Shown piece by piece: positions 17,694-26,232 of a stretch of DNA of 64,000 nt. This DNA is from a candidate division WOR-3 bacterium. GTDB taxonomy: Bacteria; Hydrothermota; Tepidihabitantia; Tepidihabitantales; Tepidihabitantaceae. The stretch lies in contig JBBISL010000002.1 in NCBI GenBank assembly GCA_037441285.1, positions 32,001 through 96,000 on the forward strand, written 5' to 3'. The notes beneath the pieces were generated by a model, which saw nothing but the letters and a program-made list of their open reading frames with translations, had not been told where the DNA came from and did no database searches. The translations under genes were made by a program, and so were the position numbers. How positions within the stretch are numbered: the first letter of the stretch is position 1; every line of letters starts with the position of its first letter.

Positions 17694-20445
17694 TAAGCCC
17701 GCCCGATTTTTTATCTCCGGTAATTGATGCCAGCAACTCGCTGGTTAAATTCAAATAGACCTGATAAGACAACTTTTGCTCTAACCCGATAGCGGCCCCG
17801 ACCGTCAAACTGAACGGCACATAGCGAGCAAACACAAAGTCAAAGCGGACCTCGCCACCACCACCGTTGCGCCAGTTTTTAAAGTCAATACACCGTTGAT
17901 TGGTAACTAAACCTGTTTCCAGGAAAAGCGCGCCGTTCACATTGCGAAAGAAAATGGGCAAGGTTCCGATGCCCCGCTCCAGCCAGTAGATGGGCATTCT
18001 GAACTCCAGCCCGGTGACGCCGATATAAGAACCAACCGGAAATGAGTCGGAAAAACCGCGGACCGAAAACAGCCCCGAGCAATTGGACATTTGAAAGGCA
18101 CTAAACCGCGCGCTATCACCAAATGCGCTCCCGAGAGCAATCTTAAATCTCAAACTCCAGGCCGCGGGCGGATTACCAAAATACTCATTCCAGTAACCAG
18201 CGACCCGAACCACATTTCGCCTGGCCAAAATGACTCGGGATTGCGCATCGCTCAATATACCGATTTCCCGACCGCTAACCGGTGCAACATTAAACCGAAA
18301 GGTCTGGCTGTTGTTAAACCCCCAAAAAAGTTCCACCCTCGTGGCTATCAGTGTATCGTAATTGACCGTAATCCCGGTTCCGCTCTGCTGGTACCAATCA
18401 TCACCATAAATCGGAATAACAAAACCCAGCCAGCCCTGCTGCACCCGGGGCGAGATAAACCCTTCAAGGTTGAAATCGGGCAGATAACGCAACAACTCGT
18501 AATTGAATCTGATAAAAGGCGCCTGTTTGCGCACCTGATAACCACCAACAACTGAATAACGGTGGAACTGCAAAACATCCCAGCCTAAGGTAAACGCCCC
18601 AACTTCTAAATCAGGAGCCACCGATAACCAGGGCAACCAGAATCTGGGCATTAAAGTTCCGATTGGGTAGTAGTGATAGAGTTGCGATTGAAAAGAAGCT
18701 GCCGAATACTCTTTTTCCGGGAAAGAATCAACGAAGTCGTCGGCCGGAACCCAATCTTGCGGCCGCAGTGCCATTAAACTTAAATCATAACCATCACTGC
18801 CCAGCCGCACCAGCGCGATTTTTCGGTTGTTGGGTGAAACCGCCGGCTCAAACACCCCACCCAGGACATCAGTACACCGATACAACTGGCGTGATTCAAC
18901 ACCATAGGCATAAAGGTTGAACAAGCCGCTGCGGTCTGATGAGAAAAATAGAAACCTGCCGGTTCTTGACCAGGCGGGAAAGATATCGCTTGCCCGGTCC
19001 GAAGTAATCGGAATGGTCCAGCCGGTCTCAAGGTCAATGATTTCAATGTCTGTATCGCCACCGGGTCGCCACACTTCAACTGCAACCAGCCTGCCACCTG
19101 GTGAAAATCGTGGTCGATGGTAAACTGTGAAGTTTCGGGTCTCAGTAATCTGCCTTTGCGCACCGGTCAAGTAGTTCAATATCATCAGATTACTCTGGCC
19201 AGAACTGTTACTGACATATATCAAAAGCGAATCATTCGGCGCAAAGTCCGGGTCGCAAGCCCGTTCGCCAAAGGTCAATCGCCTTTTCTTACTGGTGGTT
19301 AAATCGAGCAGGAATATGTCGCTCTGCTCCTCGCCGGTGAATTTCCTCACCAACTGGGCAAAAGCCAGATACCGGCCATCAGCCGAAACGCTCAGCCCAC
19401 CGATAACTCTGCCCCGATGTAAAACCCAAGACTCCATCGTTCCGAGATTTAGACACTTTATTGCGGTCTTTTCTCTGCCTGTTCTTGTAATGTAATAAAT
19501 CTCATTGCCATTTCTTGACCAGCAAGGCGCACTTTTGTCATAACCGTCGCTCGTGAGATTGGTGAATAGATTAGTCGAATCCTTGCCCAACTTCTTCTTC
19601 ATTGAATCGGTTCGGGAGATTAAACTATCCTGCCACTCGCGCCAGAGTCGCTTAAAATTCTTACCCAGCATCCTTCTCGCCAGCCGGTTCTCAAAAAATG
19701 GCACCTGTCCTGAATTCTTCCAATTGAACTCTTCCCAGACATTCTCACCCTGTTTTTGAGCGATAAACTTGCAGAACATCCCACCATATAGGTAAGGTGC
19801 CAGACCATCGGGATACCTTTGAAGTTCATAACCATCACACCGGTCAATCTCGAGAAGTTTCTTATCCTGCACCGCCTGATAAATCATCCCCTGCCACTCC
19901 GCACTCCTTAACCTGCCCGAACTGCTGAACCTTGTTTCGTTGTACACCGCATAACCTTCAATCAGCCAGGTCGGCAATAGCGGATTGGGCAAAACCACCC
20001 TGCCGAATATTCGGCTTAACCCGTTGAGAAATCCCCGGCGCTGTTTTAGTTGCAGAATATGAGCATACTCGTGCAGAATCAGCGTCCGGAGCCAGTTGTC
20101 ATCATTGGTCTTAAAATCGTGCGGTGGCGCGGGTAAAATCGTAATCGTATTATAGGGAAAAGGTATCGCCCAGCCATTGTAATCGTCATAAAAGTCGGCA
20201 ACGACAATATGAACCTTTTCTCTGGCCACAACACCGGTCTGCGCCGCAACCGTCATCCGGACCTCTTCTGCAATTTCGGCGACAGTGCGGGCAAATTCAC
20301 TGCGCTCTTCGGTCAACTTCCCTATGCTGGAAAAATGGATTAGAAAATTGTCGGTCTCGAGCGTAAACCAGGAACGCCCCGGGTTAGAGGCAACCGCTGG
20401 GGGCGAAATTATGCCGCAACTAAGAAAAATAATGAAGAGGCTCAT
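17668..20445 (-). CDS. Gluzincin + PD40 propeller + Omp85/BamA-like barrel fusion protein
   Basis: ILHEYAH, PTWLIEGYA, PD40 repeats (PCWSRNG, PDFAPND, PRFSPGG, PAWSRTG, PAVSPNN), Omp85-like VRGF and LEFRMP. Confidence 0.75.
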   Translation of the reverse strand: MSLFIIFLSCGIISPPAVASNPGRSWFTLETDNFLIHFSSIGKLTEERSEFARTVAEIAEEVRMTVAAQTGVVAREKVHIVVADFYDDYNGWAIPFPYNTITILPAPPHDFKTNDDNWLRTLILHEYAHILQLKQRRGFLNGLSRIFGRVVLPNPLLPTWLIEGYAVYNETRFSSSGRLRSAEWQGMIYQAVQDKKLLEIDRCDGYELQRYPDGLAPYLYGGMFCKFIAQKQGENVWEEFNWKNSGQVPFFENRLARRMLGKNFKRLWREWQDSLISRTDSMKKKLGKDSTNLFTNLTSDGYDKSAPCWSRNGNEIYYITRTGREKTAIKCLNLGTMESWVLHRGRVIGGLSVSADGRYLAFAQLVRKFTGEEQSDIFLLDLTTSKKRRLTFGERACDPDFAPNDSLLIYVSNSSGQSNLMILNYLTGAQRQITETRNFTVYHRPRFSPGGRLVAVEVWRPGGDTDIEIIDLETGWTIPITSDRASDIFPAWSRTGRFLFFSSDRSGLFNLYAYGVESRQLYRCTDVLGGVFEPAVSPNNRKIALVRLGSDGYDLSLMALRPQDWVPADDFVDSFPEKEYSAASFQSQLYHYYPIGTLMPRFWLPWLSVAPDLEVGAFTLGWDVLQFHRYSVVGGYQVRKQAPFIRFNYELLRYLPDFNLEGFISPRVQQGWLGFVIPIYGDDWYQQSGTGITVNYDTLIATRVELFWGFNNSQTFRFNVAPVSGREIGILSDAQSRVILARRNVVRVAGYWNEYFGNPPAAWSLRFKIALGSAFGDSARFSAFQMSNCSGLFSVRGFSDSFPVGSYIGVTGLEFRMPIYWLERGIGTLPIFFRNVNGALFLETGLVTNQRCIDFKNWRNGGGGEVRFDFVFARYVPFSLTVGAAIGLEQKLSYQVYLNLTSELLASITGDKKSGGLITRRRLDI

Positions 20446-21605
20446 TGGGGCAACGCAAACAGTCTTTTCAATAGGATGGTGGCATAGGCTCCAGCCGGCA
20501 GGACAAATGAAACCCGCACCTTACTTTTACCCGGGTACACCTCGTCGGGTTCAGGTTCCGTTGCCATTAGATGCTCGGGCTGCACCATTACCACTCGTTC
20601 ATAAGGTTTGAAATATACCCCGCGAATTCGTACCTTCAGTTTCATCTTTTCCGGCTCCACTCCCTCGCGCTTTAAAACCTCCTGAAAAACCCGCGCCACC
20701 CGTTCACTTTTGAACTCCGGTTTGGGCGCCGGTGCCGGAATTACCAGCCGCCCGAGATAGCGCAAGTCTGAAGGCGAAAGTCTTTCATAAAACACCAGGC
20801 GACCAAACCCATAAGGGACGGAAAGTCTTGCCAACCCCATATCCTCCAGCAACGATTTCGCTATCTCATTCCACAACCAGCCCTGATAAGCATTGATGAA
20901 CAACTCCAGCATCGCCCGGGGAACTTTACGAACTGCGCCCGCAAAATCCTTTGGATGTTCAATCAGGTACTTAAAAATCGGCTTCGTCTCGAAATTAGCC
21001 ACCTCCCAGCATTTTTGCCAGTTGCCCCAGTTCGCTTGAATCGTCCGCTTCTGTCGTCGGGTTGTTGAGTCGTCCGCACCGCTTGGTGTTGCCAGATACA
21101 GTTTTAACGCGCCGTTGTAATGTCCGACAATCAGTTTTTGGGCAATAAACCCCTGTTTGTGCCGGGCAGAACCAAATCGCTGCTCATCATAGTAATTGAC
21201 AAAACCAAACTGCCGCACCAGTGGCAACGCTTCTTGCAACCGGGCCAACTCCCAATCCTCCAAACAACGAATCACAATCTCAAACCGATTTCCAATCAGC
21301 GAATCCCGGGAAATTGGTTCATCCGCCATACCAACCATAATCAGCGAGTAGTTATCGGCTATCACCCGTTTTGGACCTTTGCCCGGTATCGTTAGATACT
21401 GAATTGAAAAGGAGTGGCGGTCTTTTAAACCGGCGCGTGCCACCGCTGGAAATCGGTACTTCAGTTGCAGTTGCCGGATGACATCAAGCGTATTCCAGTG
21501 CCTTTTTTCCAGTCGATAAACTGTATATGCCCCGCGCGGTTTAATCTTTAACCGGATTAACTCCTCAACCCGAAAATCGTCTGGCTGGCATTTTATCTTC
21601 ATCAA
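20442..21605 (-). CDS. truD: tRNA pseudouridine(13) synthase
   Basis: KCQPDDFRVEE, AGLKD, NYYDEQRFG, AYQGWLWN, LPAGAYAT. Confidence 0.92.
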   Translation of the reverse strand: MMKIKCQPDDFRVEELIRLKIKPRGAYTVYRLEKRHWNTLDVIRQLQLKYRFPAVARAGLKDRHSFSIQYLTIPGKGPKRVIADNYSLIMVGMADEPISRDSLIGNRFEIVIRCLEDWELARLQEALPLVRQFGFVNYYDEQRFGSARHKQGFIAQKLIVGHYNGALKLYLATPSGADDSTTRRQKRTIQANWGNWQKCWEVANFETKPIFKYLIEHPKDFAGAVRKVPRAMLELFINAYQGWLWNEIAKSLLEDMGLARLSVPYGFGRLVFYERLSPSDLRYLGRLVIPAPAPKPEFKSERVARVFQEVLKREGVEPEKMKLKVRIRGVYFKPYERVVMVQPEHLMATEPEPDEVYPGKSKVRVSFVLPAGAYATILLKRLFALPQ

Positions 21606-21877
21606 CGAAGGTTGCGAACCATTAAGATAACCCCTAATATAATAAAGATGCCTCCGGCGCCGAGATGAACCCAGCGCGTGGGAATGATGTGGGCAAGGCT
21701 GGAACCAACCAACGCCGCCAGCAAAGAGGTCAAAATCAATGCCAAAGCGCTCCCCAAAAACACACTCAAAAATGAGTTGAACCCGGCGGCAAACGACAGG
21801 GTAGCAATCTGAGTTTTGTCCCCTAACTCAGCCAGAAAAACCGCAACAAAAGTAGTTAAAAATGCCTTCCACTCCAT
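21602..21877 (-). CDS. GDT1/TMEM165 (UPF0016) family cation transporter, single-repeat half-size form
   Basis: FLAELGDKTQ motif; 3 hydrophobic helices. Confidence 0.9.
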   Translation of the reverse strand: MEWKAFLTTFVAVFLAELGDKTQIATLSFAAGFNSFLSVFLGSALALILTSLLAALVGSSLAHIIPTRWVHLGAGGIFIILGVILMVRNLR

Positions 21878-21878
21878 C

Positions 21879-22799
21879 TTACACCCCCGTTCCCAGCCGT
21901 TCGATATCGGTTGCCTTTCCCAGTGAGGTCACGACAAACTCCCGGTCAATTCGCTTTGCCAGACCAGCAAGAACCTGACCCGGCCCTAACTCCAGAAATC
22001 TTTTACAGCCCAGCGACTTTGCCGTCTCCATTATACTGACCCAGCGCACCGGCGAGATAAGCTGCCGCCGCAGATTTTGCCGAACCTCATTACCATCAGT
22101 TGTTGCCTTACCGGTAACATTCATTATTACCGGGAAGGTAGGCGGTTTAATCTCAAACTGTTCAAGATAATCGGCAAAATCTTTTGCCGACTCTTCAAGC
22201 AGCGGTGAATGAAACGCACCCGAGACCTGAAGCGCCACGACCTTCAAAGCCCCCTTACTCTTTGCCCGTTCCATCGCCCTTTGAACCGCATCTGGCTCTC
22301 CCGAAATTACCGTCTGTCTCGGTTCATTGTAATTGGCACAAACGACAACCCCAGCCGCCTCCTGACAGATACTTTCTACCGTTGCGGCGTCGAGCCCGAT
22401 AATCGCCGCCATCGCGCCCGGTCTTTTTTCTCCCTCAGCAAACATCAGCTCGGCACGACGCTTTACAATCTTCATCACCGAATCAAAATCAAAACAACCC
22501 GCCGCATAAAGCGCCGAATATTCACCCAGCGAATGGCCCGCAGCACACATCGGTTTTAACTCCGGCAAAATGGCACAAACTGCAATTGAATGGGTAAGAA
22601 TTGCCGGTTGTGTATAACGGGTTTGCCGCAACACCTCCTCCGGACCCTCAAAGGAAATTTTTTTAATCGGCAACTCTAAAACATCCTCTGCCCGGTCGTA
22701 AACATCACGAACCGCGGCAAACCGTTCATAAAGGTCTAACCCCATACCAACATACTGGGCTCCCTGTCCGGGAAACAGAAATCCAACAGTATCGTTCAT
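21879..22799 (-). CDS. fabD: Malonyl-CoA:ACP transacylase
   Basis: FPGQGAQ, TQPAI, GHSLGEY, SGAFHS, ELGPG. Confidence 0.96.
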   Translation of the reverse strand: MNDTVGFLFPGQGAQYVGMGLDLYERFAAVRDVYDRAEDVLELPIKKISFEGPEEVLRQTRYTQPAILTHSIAVCAILPELKPMCAAGHSLGEYSALYAAGCFDFDSVMKIVKRRAELMFAEGEKRPGAMAAIIGLDAATVESICQEAAGVVVCANYNEPRQTVISGEPDAVQRAMERAKSKGALKVVALQVSGAFHSPLLEESAKDFADYLEQFEIKPPTFPVIMNVTGKATTDGNEVRQNLRRQLISPVRWVSIMETAKSLGCKRFLELGPGQVLAGLAKRIDREFVVTSLGKATDIERLGTGV

Positions 22800-22884
22800 A
22801 GCAACTCCTTTCGCTCTATATTATCCGTAATGCTACTCATAAATACCGGTTCGTCAAAGCCAGAACGCCGCAAAAGCGTTCCGG

Positions 22885-23766
22885 TTAGATGATATGAATT
22901 TCTACTTTGGAGTGTTTGGGTTGGAGCCCGGGTATAAACCTTGGTGCAACCTTCAATGCCCCCTTGGGCAAAACTATCCGGCGGGCAAGCTCCTGCTCAA
23001 TCACCTGGCACCGGTCGCTGGAGAGCTTCTCCTTTTCCGAATATACATAAACGACAACCTCTTTCTTGAACCGCTCTTTTATCACATTCGCAATCTCATC
23101 GAGTCTTGCTTCCGCCTCTTTAATCAGTTGCGCGCTTTCCGCGTTAAACAGCTGGTCCGCCGCCCCAGAAACAACCCACTCCTGCTTTTCCTTCCAGACT
23201 ACGGCGTTAATCCGCTGGGGCTCACATTGAATCCGGGTCTGATTACCCTGGGCATCGTAGGCGTTAAATGTGAAACTGTAAACATCACCGGTTGCTATCG
23301 GCTCACCCTTATCCGTTTTCCCATCCCAGGTTATCACCGCTGGTGGCTGCCCTTTTTCGCGCACCCGTCGGACCGTTTCCCCTAACGAATTCGCTATTAC
23401 CAATTCCCAGGTTGCAACCCGATGTTCGAACGACGGTAAAAACACCAGAATTTCACCATAGATAAAACTTTTCTCCACCGGCACTCGCAAGAAAGATGAG
23501 TGGATAAAATGGTGCGGCACAGTGAGCGAATCAACCGCCTTGAACAATCCCTCATCAAACACATAACTCTCCGGTGTCAGAAGGTCGTTAATCGGACCCC
23601 AGGGGTCAAGCTGGGGCGGGAAGAAAAACTTCTGGTCCTGAATCTTAACCTCGGTCTCACCAACAATGACCTCTTCGCCAATTGTATGGCTATTTGCCGG
23701 CTTACGCTGCTGCACCGTATCCTCAGTTTGACTCAGAAGAAAGTATGCCAATATAAAAAACATCAT
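22885..23766 (-). CDS. Exported protein: FlgD-like Ig domain + degenerate OmpA-like domain
   Basis: WELVIANSLGETVR...ITWDGKTDKG...YDAQGN; LFNAESAQL...LDEIA...LSSDR. Confidence 0.6.
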   Translation of the reverse strand: MMFFILAYFLLSQTEDTVQQRKPANSHTIGEEVIVGETEVKIQDQKFFFPPQLDPWGPINDLLTPESYVFDEGLFKAVDSLTVPHHFIHSSFLRVPVEKSFIYGEILVFLPSFEHRVATWELVIANSLGETVRRVREKGQPPAVITWDGKTDKGEPIATGDVYSFTFNAYDAQGNQTRIQCEPQRINAVVWKEKQEWVVSGAADQLFNAESAQLIKEAEARLDEIANVIKERFKKEVVVYVYSEKEKLSSDRCQVIEQELARRIVLPKGALKVAPRFIPGLQPKHSKVEIHII

Positions 23767-23777
23767 ATCAACTCAGG

Positions 23778-24698
23778 TTAAGACAGTTGAAAGATAAATG
23801 TAATATCACCCCACTGGTCTTCCGATTTTACTCCGGGACCAAGTGGCGCAAACTCCCACTCCCGAACCGCATTTACGACCACCTGGTCAAGGTCAGGATA
23901 ACCCGAACTGCAAAGTACCTGGGGCATCCCCTTCACTTTTCCGTTGGGCATTACCCAGATACGCACCGTAACGGTGCCGCTTATCCGCTGGTCCAGCGCC
24001 CACTTCGGGTACTTCGGCTTAACCTTATTGACAATCTCCCGCTGGGATATGGGCCCGGCAATTTGAAAACTTGTTCCCTTGGTAACCGGTGCCGCGATTG
24101 TCGGCTGACTCTGAGGTGCCAACTGGGGCAATGCCGGTGCGGTTGATGGTTTGGACAAGGGCCGATGCTCAATCGTAAGTTGGGGTTGCGCCTGCGGCTG
24201 GGGAACCCCGGGAACCCCCCGAAGTCCGGAACCGCTACCCGCACTGCCAGGACCCTTGGTTAGAGCAATCGGTGCCTGAGCCAGAATCTCCTCGGTTGTC
24301 TGGGATGAGCCCTTGCCCCCGATGCGAATCACATCCATCTCACCGTCTCTTGCCAGTTCATACCGGTCCAGCTCAATCTTTGCCTGTGAGGTTGAACGTT
24401 CCAGTGTTGCCGTCATATCCAGCGGTGCCACTTCTTCGGCTGCCACGCCTGAAGCGTAGGTCGCGGTCGCACCTTCAGAAATTTCACCACCGCCGCCTCC
24501 AGTTGGTGCCGGATTTGAAGCCACAACTTTCGCCACTTCGGGTCGGTAAGTAACATCCATAAAACTTACTTCTTGCAAATCGAGACCGGAACTGGTTGCA
24601 GGCCGGGAACGGGAGAACAAGATTATGCCCGACAGGTGAAGCACCGCTGAAATTAGTAGCGTAATTTCCAGTGTCCAGTTGCGGCGCTCAGCAAACAT
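23778..24698 (-). CDS. tonB: TonB family energy transducer
   Basis: TM helix with SxxxH (SAVLH); Pro/Gly/Gln linker; PKYP...GTVTV...G.V...SSGYPDLD...WEFAP. Confidence 0.88.
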   Translation of the reverse strand: MFAERRNWTLEITLLISAVLHLSGIILFSRSRPATSSGLDLQEVSFMDVTYRPEVAKVVASNPAPTGGGGGEISEGATATYASGVAAEEVAPLDMTATLERSTSQAKIELDRYELARDGEMDVIRIGGKGSSQTTEEILAQAPIALTKGPGSAGSGSGLRGVPGVPQPQAQPQLTIEHRPLSKPSTAPALPQLAPQSQPTIAAPVTKGTSFQIAGPISQREIVNKVKPKYPKWALDQRISGTVTVRIWVMPNGKVKGMPQVLCSSGYPDLDQVVVNAVREWEFAPLGPGVKSEDQWGDITFIFQLS

Positions 24699-25100
24699 TT
24701 ATCCCCCCTGGGCAATTTTTTTAGTTGCACAGGCGATGCGCGAGGCACCCGCCCGACGGGCACAGGCGAGAATGTCAAGAACCGATGAATGGAGGCACTC
24801 TTTATCCGCCCTTACCACCACAAGCACATAAGGGTCACGGGCAATCTCGGTCGAAATCCGGCTGTACAACTCATCAAAATCAGCAACCGGTTCATCGTTG
24901 AAATAAAGACGCCCATCCGCGGTATAGGTAATGGTAACATCGTTTTCTGTTTTTCGTTCCGCGGTATGAGTTTGCGGCACATCCACCGGCGTGGAATTGT
25001 GGGTCAAAACCATCGGCGCCACCATCATCATAACCAGGACAAGAATTAACCCTACACAAGCCATCGGTAGAATGTCGAGGTTAGGTGCTTCCTTTTTCAT
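24699..25100 (-). CDS. exbD: ExbD/TolR family protein; TM Asp replaced by Cys
   Basis: ILPMACVGLILV (canonical PLIDV), VDVPQT, VVVRADK, VLDILACARRAG. Confidence 0.82.
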   Translation of the reverse strand: MKKEAPNLDILPMACVGLILVLVMMMVAPMVLTHNSTPVDVPQTHTAERKTENDVTITYTADGRLYFNDEPVADFDELYSRISTEIARDPYVLVVVRADKECLHSSVLDILACARRAGASRIACATKKIAQGG

Positions 25101-25516
25101 TTGACCCTCCTTGTCCTTAAAAGCGCAACATCAGCCGCACCACATTGTTTCGCCAGGTCAAGGACCTGCATCACCCGGTCATATTTAACCTGCTCCTCAG
25201 CCGCAACGATGACGCGCCGTTCTACACTCCGCTGTAACAAGCGCGGCAACAGCTCTGAGAGATTTTCGTAAGACACCTGGGCTTCATTCAAAATTATCCG
25301 GCCATCGTTGGTAATCAAAATATTCGCCTTGATATCCGAACCCGGTTCATTCGCTGCCGCGCGTGCCGCACCTGGTGCCGAAACGAAAATACCGGACTCA
25401 AAGAAAATCGGCATTGAAACGATAAAGGCAATAACCAGGGAAAGCGCAATATCTACCAGCGAATTTAATATCAACCCCGCATTGCGATACGATTCAACCC
25501 TAATCCGGCGTCGCAT
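25097..25516 (-). CDS. exbD: ExbD/TolR family protein with TM Asp
   Basis: NSLVDIALSLV, VIVAAE..VKYDRVMQVLDLAKQCG. Confidence 0.85.
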   Translation of the reverse strand: MRRRIRVESYRNAGLILNSLVDIALSLVIAFIVSMPIFFESGIFVSAPGAARAAANEPGSDIKANILITNDGRIILNEAQVSYENLSELLPRLLQRSVERRVIVAAEEQVKYDRVMQVLDLAKQCGAADVALLRTRRVK

Positions 25517-26232
25517 TAGAACTTCCAGGTTGTATCCTCGCTAACCTCAGACTGTACCACCGAAGGAGATGGCACCGGTTTTGTTTCCACAGGCCGCTCG
25601 ATGCGCTGCGGTTGCTTGTATCCACCCAGCATCACTACCAGCCGTTCGGCAACACTTTCCAGCGCCATTGTCAGGTCCGAAGACTTTTTGGAAAAGTAGT
25701 TGTAAAAGAACAGTACCGGAATCCCGATGAAAAGCCCGAAGGCGGTGGTTAACAAAGCCTCGGCAATCCCTTTGGATACGACCGCTGGTCCCCCTGAACC
25801 GGTAAGAGCGATATTACCAAAGGCTCCAATTAGACCGGTAACTGTTCCCAAAAGCCCAAGCAGTGTTGCCGCATTCGCCAGTGTGCCCATACCCCCTAAT
25901 AGCCGCTCATAACGAATCCGCTCTTCAAGGATCAGGCTGTAGAGCAAATCCGATAGTTCCTCCCCGCTCAGCGTATGATTTTCTAACGCCACCACAAACA
26001 GCCGCCCCAAGGGATTGTTCTGCCTTTTACTCCAATCAAGAGCTTGACTCAGTCCGCTTTGCGCCAGAATGCGTCGCAACTCCGCAAGCCCTTTTGCCGG
26101 GTTAAACCTATTGCGTGTAAAATACCAGAACCGCTCAAGAATCAGTGCCAGCGCTAAAATTGATGTAACCAGCAGAATCACCATTACCAAACTGCTTTTG
26201 AAAATCTGAACTATACTCTGACCCATTATCAT
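25516..26232 (-). CDS. exbB: MotA/TolQ/ExbB proton channel
   Basis: LGLLGTVTGLI.AF, GIAEALLTTAFGL.IGIP. Confidence 0.9.
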   Translation of the reverse strand: MIMGQSIVQIFKSSLVMVILLVTSILALALILERFWYFTRNRFNPAKGLAELRRILAQSGLSQALDWSKRQNNPLGRLFVVALENHTLSGEELSDLLYSLILEERIRYERLLGGMGTLANAATLLGLLGTVTGLIGAFGNIALTGSGGPAVVSKGIAEALLTTAFGLFIGIPVLFFYNYFSKKSSDLTMALESVAERLVVMLGGYKQPQRIERPVETKPVPSPSVVQSEVSEDTTWKF

